A DNA stretch of 64,000 nt from Saprospiraceae bacterium (GTDB lineage Bacteria > Bacteroidota > Bacteroidia > Chitinophagales > Saprospiraceae): NCBI GenBank assembly GCA_016717655.1, contig JADKFC010000006.1:162857-226856 (forward strand). Direction: 5' to 3'. Shown piece by piece: positions 25,906 to 34,291 of the stretch. Within the stretch, counting starts at the first letter, position 1, and every line of letters begins with the position of its first letter. Below the pieces are notes generated by a model. It made no database searches and was not told the origin of the DNA. It saw only the letters and a program-made list of their open reading frames with translations. The translations under genes were made by a program, and so were the position numbers.

Positions 25906-26445
25906 TTAATTTCGTGATGGAAAAATACCAAAAACACAAATGACACATCGCAAGCCTAAGCTGGGCATGTGGGTTGCAAATGGTTGATTGCCCCCTGAAA
26001 TACCTGAGGAAGCAGAAACACCTCTTAAAGTCTGGGTTGCTCCCGCAACTCCATCGTAAAAAGGACTTGGAGTTGAGGCAAACACATTGTTAATGGGTGT
26101 ATTTACGGTTGCAGCTTCGCTACTAGCTTTTACTTGCGCGGTAATTACAGCATGATTGTGTGCTGGAAGATTGGTGCTTAACAAAGTGGTGGATTCAGAT
26201 CCTCCCATTTCTCCTAAAAAAACTGTATTTTGTCCCGGACCCGTACCAGCGCCTACAGGCATCCTGCCTCTAAAATCTGGAATGGCAAAAGTGTTCTGCC
26301 CATCTCCACCATAGGTCGTGCCAATAAGGGCAAAAAGGGCATCATATTCAGCAATGGGCAATAATGAACCATTACAATCTAGCCAATTATATGGGGCAAA
26401 TGTACCTCCAAACCAGTTGATCTGGGCCATAAAATAACCTTCCAT
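25906..26445 (-). CDS. Phage-tail-collar-domain protein (MdpB-like), paralog 1
   Basis: FGGTFAPYNWLDCNGSLLPIAEYDALFALIGTTYGGDGQNTFAIPDFRGR... and ..MPSLGLRCVICVFGIFPSR. Confidence 0.85.
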   Translation of the reverse strand: MEGYFMAQINWFGGTFAPYNWLDCNGSLLPIAEYDALFALIGTTYGGDGQNTFAIPDFRGRMPVGAGTGPGQNTVFLGEMGGSESTTLLSTNLPAHNHAVITAQVKASSEAATVNTPINNVFASTPSPFYDGVAGATQTLRGVSASSGISGGNQPFATHMPSLGLRCVICVFGIFPSRN

Positions 26446-26522
26446 TTTCCTTAATATTAGATAACAAATATATTGATTTTATTGAAATATATCCATTTTT
26501 ATAAAAAAAAGTGATTTTTTTT

Positions 26523-28969
26523 CTATAATTTGATGGAAACTCCAGCCATGCCATGAAAACCGGCTTGTGGATAAAGGAAGTTTTCAGTAATCTGTTTGTT
26601 ATAAATATAAGTATAACTATATCCACCTGAAGAATACTTTTGATCAAAAATATTGTTTAATTGAATCAGGATTTGAAGCTCTTTTGCAAACTTTGTTAAC
26701 AATGGATAGCTGAAATTTATATGACTGGTACTAAATGTAGGGATGCTGCGATTTTCGGAAGAAGTATTGTCTAAATATTGCTTTCCGATCAATCTGGTTG
26801 ACCATGTGAGAATTAAACCCTTCTCATTTTGGTAGCTCACCATGCATGAGGCTGTTAAATTGGGAGACAAGGCAATGTCTGTGGTGCCGTGGTCTATGTT
26901 GATGGCTTCACGTTCATTGCTGTAATCATAGATGGTTTCTGTAAAACTTTTAATCTTATTTTGACTCAGGGTAAGGTTGGCTCCTATCAGCAATTTATTG
27001 TTTATAAGATATCTTCCAACCAATTCCAAACCACGGCGGTAGCTTTTATCTATGTTTTTCTGAGGGTGTTGCCCACATCGTTGACTTGGCCGGTAGGTAC
27101 TAATTGATTTTTGTAGGACATTAAAAAGGTATTGGCCTCCAAATTCCAATCTGCCGAATGATGTTTCCATGAAATTTCGGTATCTATAAGTTTTTCGGGA
27201 GATGGGAGGGGCTGATCTCCATGATCGGTAAAATCACTTCTATCCGGTTCCCTTTGGGCTACCGCAAATGAAAGATTGAATTGATTCTTTTCGTCAATGG
27301 CTTTGTTGATTGAAAGCTTGGGATTAAAAAATAGATAATTCACATCAAAATCGATGGCTCGCAAATCATTGTCGTTGCCTTTAGATGAATAATTGACATT
27401 TCTGACTTGGGCATCTGCACTCCACGACCACCCACTTTTTATTTTTTGTTCAAATCTAAGATAGATGTTACCGTCTGATTTTGTGGCCTTGCTTTCATAA
27501 TAAGGGTCCTCTTTTTCAAAGTCTGGCGCTGATACTACTTCTATCACATCTCCAAAATGACCTCCTTTATAGATGTGGTAACCTCCGCCAATCGACAGTA
27601 GAGACGAAGCATTCCATTCTTTTTCCATTTTAAATATGCCCCCAAAGAAGTCATTGTCCAGCCACCTTCTCCTGATAATGTCTGAAGATGATAGGGTGTC
27701 GTTACCTAAGGCAATAGGTTGGATGAGGTAGTTACTCAATTCATCCTGGTATTTGTATTGCTCAAAGTAGCCACTACCCTTGGTGTAGTGCAATGCCAGC
27801 TTTGATTTCCAGTTGGAGGCCCATGTTTTGGCATAGTGCAGTTGAACATGGGTCTGTGTGTAATTATCTACCTGATTGTCATATAAAAAATAGTTGTACC
27901 TCCGACCTGAATTAAATAGATTGACAGAATCCTGGGTGGTGTTATAGAGTCCTCCAACATTATTGATATAATGCTGATTCAATGCAGCCATATCTCCATT
28001 TACTCTCGCTTCTGGCACCCCATTCAATGCCTGATAAGTATTTTCCGTTCCTGAAAAAGCCAGGAGTCGCAGTGAGGACGTGGATCCTACTCGTGCTCCT
28101 TCTATGTACCATGATTTTAGATCTGAACTTGCGCGGTCAATATAGCCATTTGATTTAATGATGGAATACCGGGCATCCACATTAAATCGGTTGTTCATCA
28201 AACCGGAATTGAGTCCAAAGGTCATTTTACGGGTATTAAAACTACCGTACGAAATGTTGGCAGATGCAGAGGGGTTTACATCCAGTCCGAAAGTATTGAC
28301 TGACACCGTTCCGCCATATGCTCCGGCCCCATTGGTTGATGGTCCTACCCCCCGCTGGATGCGGATGGATTCTGCTGAAGATGCAATATCGGGCAAGTCA
28401 ACCCAAAATACTCCCTGAGATTCGGCATCATTGATTGGAATGTCGTTGATGGTAACGTTGATTCGGGATTGTTCTACCCCCCTTATGCGCATCCCGGTAT
28501 AGCCAACTCCTGCTCCGGCATCGGTATTAATGGTGACTGATGGCTGCCACTGCAGTAAAACGGGAACATCCTGTCCATGGTTGATAACTTTCAACTCTTC
28601 CTTTTCTACCTCGCTGCCGCCATTAAAAGGAGTGATTTTGTGGATGTTGGATTTTATTTCTACCTCGTCTAAATGGTAGATATAGCCGGATAAGACAAAG
28701 TCAAGATTCGACTCTTCCGGCCATATTAAGGGCAAGACAACCGTCTCATAGCCCAAATAGGAGCATGACACCTGAAAGGAGCCCGGACTCAATCCTTTTA
28801 ACTCAAAACTTCCTCCTTTTTCACTTACAGCTGCCTGACTGCCGCCCTGAACAAAGATTACTGCACCCTCCAATTTTTCACCCTTATCATTTTTTACAGT
28901 ACCTCTCAGCACTTGCGAGTGAATTTGCAATGTTGTCAATAGAATAATTAAAATAATACAATACCTCAT
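26523..28969 (-). CDS. TonB-dependent receptor (CarboxypepD_reg + plug + barrel), one frame break near 27055-27059; thiamine-related by riboswitch context
   Basis: ORFs 27050..28969 (N-terminal) and 26523..27170 (C-terminal, ending in an aromatic residue) join as ..VGNTLRK|NIDKSYRRGLELVG.. if the T5 run (A5 on the coding strand) has one more base. Confidence 0.8.
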
Positions 28970-29019
28970 TGTTTTGAAGTTAAATGGCTACAAAATAATG
29001 GGATAGAGTTTATGCCGAA

Positions 29020-29115
29020 AGAACGTGAGGAGAAAATGCTCCCTTGCCGGCATTACCCGGCCAGGTTCAATGGGTATAATCTCAGCCTCTACAAGGAGGC
29101 ACCCCAGAAATCGGT
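29020..29115 (-). promoter_or_regulatory. TPP (THI-box) riboswitch in the 5' leader of the TonB-dependent receptor
   Basis: The minus strand reads CUGGGGUGCCUCCUUGUAGAGGCUGAGAUUAUACCCAUUGAACCUGGCCGGGUAAUGCCGGCAAGGGAGC. It contains the conserved GGGGUGC, CUGAGA, ACCC, GAACCUG, GGGUAAUGCC and AGGGA blocks. Confidence 0.85.
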
Positions 29116-29134
29116 GTAAAGATAAGGAAAATTT

Positions 29135-29413
29135 CAAATGTTCACGTCCCGCCTTATCGGCGGGACTAAATGGTGCGTCCCGCTGACGCGGGACTAAATG
29201 GTGACGTCCCGCTGGCGCGGGACTAAGTGGGCCGTCCCGCTGACGCGGGACTAAATGTTAAAAATGTAGGATAAGCGGGTTGAGGTACTCGAAATCCGCT
29301 GACGCGGGACTAAATGTTAAAAATGTAAGATAAGCGGGTTGAGGTACTCGAAACCCGCTGGGGCGGGACTAAATGTTAAAAATGTAGGATAAGCGGGTTG
29401 AGGTACTCGAAAC
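29135..29413. repeat. Array of REP-like hairpin elements: four about 30-nt units, then three about 62-nt units
   Basis: GTCCCGC-TGAC/TGGC-GCGGGAC-TAAATG occurs 4 times. CCGCTGACGCGGGACTAAATGTTAAAAATGTAGGATAAGCGGGTTGAGGTACTCGAAA then occurs 3 times. Confidence 0.9.
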
Positions 29414-29416
29414 TTT

Positions 29417-30445
29417 TTATTCTTTCAACCAGGCCATGGCTCTTTTTAGGCACTGATCATTTGCTGATAGCGGGTTTTCCTCGAATGGGAAATATTCATC
29501 AGGTTCTACGTACTCTTTGTATACTTTGCCTTTTCTGTCTTTGTAGTAACTTACTGAAATAGACATGGTCGTATTTTCATCGATAGGTTGCCAATCAGTA
29601 ACCGTGGTCATGCCAAGGGTTTTTTGGCCAAAAAAACGGGTATTGTCTCTTCCTTTATACATCACCGCAATGGCCTCGCCAGAGCTTGTGGTGTACATGC
29701 TGGTCAATACTGCTATCTTTGGTAATCTCGAAAACAAACACTTTTTTGGGATCGCTAAGGTAAAGTCGCCGTAGTAGAAATTTTCATCTTTTACTTGCCA
29801 GACTGCATCCTCTGCATCTAAAATTCCATCGGTGCCTCCGACGGGGCCTTCTCCCAAAAGAGGAACCAGCGCTTCAGCCATCGGAAACATATTTCCTCCA
29901 CCATTGTACCGCAGGTCTAAAACCCAGTTTTGGGGTAGATCGTCTTGCACATAACAAATCTTTCGCCCTAATTCTTCTGCCATTTTATAATTGTCACCCA
30001 TGGGCATGCCACAAAGCCTCACATATCCAATGTCTGAAGCAAGCATTTTAACTTCGAAGCTGTATTTCTGACCACTCTGGATATCATTGTAAATATTGAC
30101 ATCAAAGCCCTTATGGTGGTCTTTTAAACCTCCAAAATAATAGGCCACTACATTTTGTTGAAAAAAGATTTTGCCATGTTCATCACCCAGGGCTTCCAGC
30201 AGATAATTTAAGGCCGCTTGCATTTCCTCCATCGAGGCCCTATTTCCGGCCCTTTCTAAAACCTCGTTTCTCAACTGATTCCAATCTACGTTTTGTCGAT
30301 AAAGCGAAGCTGATTGGGCGTGGTCAAGGATGGATTTTAGTGTATTTGTATGTGTACCATCCTTTTGTGCTCTACTTTTTGTATATACCAAAAGGGTCAG
30401 GCAGGCAAATAGCAGCACGCGAAAGCTTTTATTGGCAACTTTCAT
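29417..30445 (-). CDS. S41-family (tail-specific-protease-like) peptidase, secreted
   Basis: Signal peptide; LDLRYNGGGN and TSSGEAIA motifs of the S41 catalytic domain. Confidence 0.7.
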   Translation of the reverse strand: MKVANKSFRVLLFACLTLLVYTKSRAQKDGTHTNTLKSILDHAQSASLYRQNVDWNQLRNEVLERAGNRASMEEMQAALNYLLEALGDEHGKIFFQQNVVAYYFGGLKDHHKGFDVNIYNDIQSGQKYSFEVKMLASDIGYVRLCGMPMGDNYKMAEELGRKICYVQDDLPQNWVLDLRYNGGGNMFPMAEALVPLLGEGPVGGTDGILDAEDAVWQVKDENFYYGDFTLAIPKKCLFSRLPKIAVLTSMYTTSSGEAIAVMYKGRDNTRFFGQKTLGMTTVTDWQPIDENTTMSISVSYYKDRKGKVYKEYVEPDEYFPFEENPLSANDQCLKRAMAWLKE

Positions 30446-30512
30446 GAAAAAGGATTTTTTAATAAATCATATTAAGCCCATCTAAGATACTGTATTTTGC
30501 ATGCAACCCAAA

Positions 30513-31070
30513 TCAAATGCGAACAGACACCCTGAACCCCCTGGCTGCATAATAAGACTCCGCACCATTGTGGTACATAAAGACGGTGTTGTACCTCCTG
30601 TCGCAAAAGATGGCACCGCCCAGCTTTCTGATGGCATCGGGTGTCTTGACCCAGCTGGAAGTCTTTAAGTCAAACGAACCCAGGGTCTGGAGGTAGCGGT
30701 ATTCTTCTTCAGTGAGCATATCTCCACCCATGGCATTGGCCATATCCATGGCACTGTCCTTGGGTTTGTTTTCTTTTCTGCCATCCAGGGCAGCTCTGTC
30801 GTAACAAAGGCTTCTCCTCTCTTTTGGACTTTCAGATGAGCAGTCGTAAAAAATAAATGCTCCTGTTTTTTTATCATGGGCCACTACATCAGGCTCGCCG
30901 CCGGTTTCTTCCATTAGAAATAAGGTGTGAAGTTTCTCTGACTCTTTTTCCAACCTGGCAAGAACATCTTTCCAGTTTAAGCCCTTGTGTCGATCTTTGT
31001 TTTTTTCAAACCTTTCAGCCAGGGTAGCGATCAATGTAGCTCGTTGTGTTTTGTCCAATTGTTTTTTCAT
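30513..31070 (-). CDS. DUF4256-family protein
   Basis: The N-terminal ..RFEKNKDRHKGLNWKDVLARLE...METGGEPDVV.. matches my memory of DUF4256 proteins. Context is the ArsR-SRPBCC-DoxX operon. Confidence 0.6.
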   Translation of the reverse strand: MKKQLDKTQRATLIATLAERFEKNKDRHKGLNWKDVLARLEKESEKLHTLFLMEETGGEPDVVAHDKKTGAFIFYDCSSESPKERRSLCYDRAALDGRKENKPKDSAMDMANAMGGDMLTEEEYRYLQTLGSFDLKTSSWVKTPDAIRKLGGAIFCDRRYNTVFMYHNGAESYYAARGFRVSVRI

Positions 31071-31079
31071 GTCTGTGAT

Positions 31080-31469
31080 CTACGTGTTTTGAGGTAATAT
31101 TTTTCTGTTGTCCGGTCTCAGGTACCAGGAAACAAAAGTAAGGGTTAATAATAAAAGTGAAGGGGCAATTTCTGCAAAACTGTGATGCAAGATAAGGTGT
31201 GATATGGCCGCTCCCGACATGGCAAAAAAGAAGCCGGCATACGCCCACTCTTTGAGCACGGGATAACGGGGCACCAGGATGGCAATTGTACCTAATGTTT
31301 TCCATATTCCAAGAACTGTCATCAAATAGATAGGGTAGCCCAGTTCATTGAATTTTTGGACTTCTTCTTCCATTTGCATCAATTGTACCACGCCGGTTGA
31401 TACCATGCCAAGGGCCAACCAGAGTGTGGCAATCCAATAGCTGATTCGTTTTCCTCTTTCCATCGGCAT
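31080..31469 (-). CDS. DoxX-like small membrane protein
   Basis: 129 aa with four predicted TM helices. Start/stop overlaps the upstream SRPBCC gene. Confidence 0.55.
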   Translation of the reverse strand: MPMERGKRISYWIATLWLALGMVSTGVVQLMQMEEEVQKFNELGYPIYLMTVLGIWKTLGTIAILVPRYPVLKEWAYAGFFFAMSGAAISHLILHHSFAEIAPSLLLLTLTFVSWYLRPDNRKILPQNT

Positions 31470-31930
31470 TAATTTGTGAATAGGTTTTGTAATCTGTCGT
31501 GTGCCATGCTGAGTCCAAAGGCAAACGGCATTTTTAATAGGTTGTCTCTGTCAGTTACTGATTTAAAAATAGTGTGGACAGTAAGCAAACAAGTTTCATC
31601 GCTTACACTTTCAAAGGTGAGGTATTCCAGTTGGATAGGAAAGCCGGTATTTTCCATTTCAAAAGTGCGCGTGATTTTGCTATTGGTTTCTATTTCATGG
31701 ATGACACCATTGGCTTTAAAAACTACGTTACCGTTGGGATCAGATGTTTCTATCTGCCAACTACCGTGTCTCTTATTTTCCAGAGTAATGACCTTGGTAC
31801 CCATCCATTGCGCCAAAAGGTCTGCTTCTGTATAGGCCCTGAATATCAGATCAACCGGAAGGTCAAAGTGACGGGTGATAAAAATTTCCTGTCTGCCGGG
31901 CTCTGCCTGCACCTTGGTTTTTAATTCCAT
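31469..31930 (-). CDS. SRPBCC / Aha1-like (activator of Hsp90 ATPase homolog 1-like) domain protein
   Basis: 153 aa. Typical size and position directly downstream of an ArsR regulator; IFITRHFDLPVDLIFRAYTEADLLAQWMG. Confidence 0.65.
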   Translation of the reverse strand: MELKTKVQAEPGRQEIFITRHFDLPVDLIFRAYTEADLLAQWMGTKVITLENKRHGSWQIETSDPNGNVVFKANGVIHEIETNSKITRTFEMENTGFPIQLEYLTFESVSDETCLLTVHTIFKSVTDRDNLLKMPFAFGLSMAHDRLQNLFTN

Positions 31931-31934
31931 CGAT

Positions 31935-32255
31935 TTAGGATTTTTTGTGTTGTTTCATCAAATTTTCCAGACTATTGAAGCGGGCGTCCCACATTTGTCG
32001 GAAGGGTTCTATAAAGTCGGCTATGTCTTTCATCTTTTCCAGGTTGAGTTGGTAGTATACTTCTCTGCCTACCTGCTCCTGATGCAAGAGTTCGCACTCA
32101 GTAAGGATTTGTATGTGTTTGGAAACGGTAGGCCGTGCACTGTTGAAGTTGGCCGCAATGGCACCGGCGGTCATGGCTTGCGAAGCCACTAATAGGAGGA
32201 TAGATCTTCGGGTAGGATCTGCTATGGCTTGAAAAACATCTCGTCTGAGGTTCAT
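31935..32255 (-). CDS. ArsR/SmtB-family transcriptional regulator
   Basis: [17 protein letters not shown]...[19 protein letters not shown] is a winged-HTH ArsR signature. Confidence 0.85.
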   Translation of the reverse strand: MNLRRDVFQAIADPTRRSILLLVASQAMTAGAIAANFNSARPTVSKHIQILTECELLHQEQVGREVYYQLNLEKMKDIADFIEPFRQMWDARFNSLENLMKQHKKS

Positions 32256-32257
32256 TA

Positions 32258-32301
32258 TGTAGCTATTTGGCTACAAATATATATGTAGCTATTTGACTAC
32301 A
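32258..32301. promoter_or_regulatory. Two copies of the palindrome TGTAGCTATTTGRCTACA; candidate ArsR operator pair
   Basis: 32258-32275 TGTAGCTATTTGGCTACA and 32284-32301 TGTAGCTATTTGACTACA, immediately upstream of the ArsR start codon. Confidence 0.6.
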
Positions 32302-32374
32302 CAATAGAAGGAATGAAAAAAAATGACTTTATTGATGTAATATATTGAAAAACAGGTAATTAATATTTTCATTT

Positions 32375-32848
32375 TCAACCGGTTCTGGATGAAAAATCTT
32401 GAATTACTTCAAAAAAATGAGAGATAGCTTTGTTGAGATGGGTAATTGCGGCTTCACTTAATCCCTCTTGGAGTTCCCATTCGACCCCGCAAATGGCCAT
32501 CATATACGCATCCGGTTGAACATCGTACAAGGTGGCTGCCAGGTAAACTACGGTTTCCGGATTTTGGGCATGGGAAGAAAAGTAATAATGTTCTGCCAAC
32601 TCACATTTCGAAAATGAAAACCCTGAATGCAATTCTTCGGTGGTAGCATCCACAAAAATGACTCTTTCATAGTTGCAGATCAACTCACTGTCTTCTACCT
32701 GTAGCTGGTACCGCCATTCATAGTCAAAGTCATCCGGCATCCGACTTTGAATCTCATTGACAAAGGCCCAGCCCAGGCCATCATCACGCCTTCCGCTGTT
32801 GCCAATGCCAATGATCAGAGTATTGCTTTTAAGCTTTAAATTTTTCAT
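32375..32848 (-). CDS. hoxW: [NiFe]-hydrogenase maturation endopeptidase
   Basis: LIIGIGNSGRRDDGLGWAF is the hydrogenase maturation protease motif. Overlaps the hoxH 3' end by 20 nt. Confidence 0.85.
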   Translation of the reverse strand: MKNLKLKSNTLIIGIGNSGRRDDGLGWAFVNEIQSRMPDDFDYEWRYQLQVEDSELICNYERVIFVDATTEELHSGFSFSKCELAEHYYFSSHAQNPETVVYLAATLYDVQPDAYMMAICGVEWELQEGLSEAAITHLNKAISHFFEVIQDFSSRTG

Positions 32849-34280
32849 CGATTAGTTTTCCGGTATAATCGTACAATTCTGCTTTGAGAGGCATCTTACC
32901 CAGCGCTTGGGTCGCACAGCTCAGGCAGGGGTCGTAGGCACGGATGGGCACTTCAACCTGATTGAGCATACTTTCAGTGATGGTACCCTTGCGACTGATC
33001 ACATGGTCGGCCACCCATTTTACGGCGTGGTTCATGGCGTCGTTGTTGTGGGTGGTAGATACTATCAGATTGCAGCGAGTAATCATGCCTTTATCATCCA
33101 CTTCGTAATGGTGGGTGAGGGTACCACGGGGTGCTTCAATAATGCCTATCCCTTTGGTTCGGGCTATACCTTTTCTTTCGAGGTCATTTCCCAACAGTTG
33201 TGGGTCGTGCAGTAAGACCTTCATTTCTTCTGCACAATGCAACATTTCGATCAATCGGGCCCAGTGAGAGAACATGGTGCCGTTGACCATCTTTTCTCCC
33301 GCAAAGGCAAAGTAGGCTTTCCTCGCTTCTTCTGCCAGTGGGGTAGGAATGAAATCGCATACATTCATTCTCGCAATGGGACCCACCCTGTTCCAGCCAT
33401 TTTCTCTGCCGATGTGTTTGAGGTAAGGAAACTTCATATACGACCACTGCGCTGTGGCCTCTGCAAAGTACTGTTCATAATCGTCTGTGTTCACATCATT
33501 AAGGATGGTTTTGCCATTGGCGTCTCTTGCTCTGAGGCCACCATGGTATAATTCCATGCCCCCTTCTGCATTCACCATGCCCAGGTGACCAGATGGGAAG
33601 TACGCAAACTCATCGAGCAACTTTTTGTTTTTAAGGTGATAATCGTGGATGAAGCTGACCATTTCCAGGGTCCAATCTATCATAGTATCCACGTTTTCTA
33701 TTTCTTTGCCATCGAGAAAGTAGTCTCTCTCTTCCAGGGTCAGGGAGTTGTGGACCCCACCAGGTACCGCCAGGATGCCGTGGATTTTTTTACCGGCTAC
33801 TGCCTTGATGACTTCCTGGCCAAATTTTCTCATGGTTATGCCTTTGATGGCCAGTTCTCTGTTTTCTACAGCCACCGCAACAATGTTCCTTTTTTCAACA
33901 GGGGCATCCATGCCAAAGAGCAGGTCAGGAGAAGCCAGGTAAAAAAAGTGTAAGGCATGGGACTGAAAAACCTGGGCATAGTGCATCAGCCGCCTCAGCA
34001 GGGTGGCGGTGGGTGAGAGGTCTGCGGGGTCGATGCCCACAATCTGGTCAATGGCCTTGGCAGCCGCCAGGTGGTGACTCACAGGACAAATGCCGCAGAG
34101 CCTTTGCACCAAAACAGGAGCCTCCCAATAGGGGTGACCCTGGATAAATCTTTCGAAGCCCCTGAATTCCACGATGTGAAAGAATGAATCTTTTACTTGT
34201 CCGTATTCATCGAGGTGAATGGTTACCCGGCCGTGGCCTTCCACTCTGGTTACCGGGTCAATGGTGATCTTTCTGCTCAT
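32829..34280 (-). CDS. hoxH: NAD(P)-linked bidirectional [NiFe]-hydrogenase large subunit (group 3d-like)
   Basis: N-terminal TRVEGHGRVTIHLD and RLCGICPVSHHLAAAKA; C-terminal DPCLSCAT motif. About 480 aa, typical of HoxH. Confidence 0.9.
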   Translation of the reverse strand: MSRKITIDPVTRVEGHGRVTIHLDEYGQVKDSFFHIVEFRGFERFIQGHPYWEAPVLVQRLCGICPVSHHLAAAKAIDQIVGIDPADLSPTATLLRRLMHYAQVFQSHALHFFYLASPDLLFGMDAPVEKRNIVAVAVENRELAIKGITMRKFGQEVIKAVAGKKIHGILAVPGGVHNSLTLEERDYFLDGKEIENVDTMIDWTLEMVSFIHDYHLKNKKLLDEFAYFPSGHLGMVNAEGGMELYHGGLRARDANGKTILNDVNTDDYEQYFAEATAQWSYMKFPYLKHIGRENGWNRVGPIARMNVCDFIPTPLAEEARKAYFAFAGEKMVNGTMFSHWARLIEMLHCAEEMKVLLHDPQLLGNDLERKGIARTKGIGIIEAPRGTLTHHYEVDDKGMITRCNLIVSTTHNNDAMNHAVKWVADHVISRKGTITESMLNQVEVPIRAYDPCLSCATQALGKMPLKAELYDYTGKLIDEKFKA

Positions 34281-34291
34281 ATGATCGGTTT

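Noticed and set aside
24824-26445. Prophage or tailocin remnant, suggested by the three phage tail collar domain genes.
   Set aside because: No capsid, terminase, portal, baseplate, sheath/tube, lysis or integrase genes are present in the window. The flanks are a TonB receptor gene and ordinary cellular genes.
26387-26647. 86-aa minus-strand ORF spanning the tail-collar promoter region and the TonB receptor 3' end.
   Set aside because: It overlaps two supported genes and the AT-rich spacer, and its translation has no coding features.
29135-29413. Possible CRISPR array, suggested by regularly spaced palindromic repeats.
   Set aside because: The spacers are 2-4 nt in the first part and identical to one another in the second part. 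The units are 30 and 62 nt, no cas genes are present, and single copies of the same element are dispersed elsewhere (51.3 and 53.9 kb). This behaves as a REP/MITE-like element.
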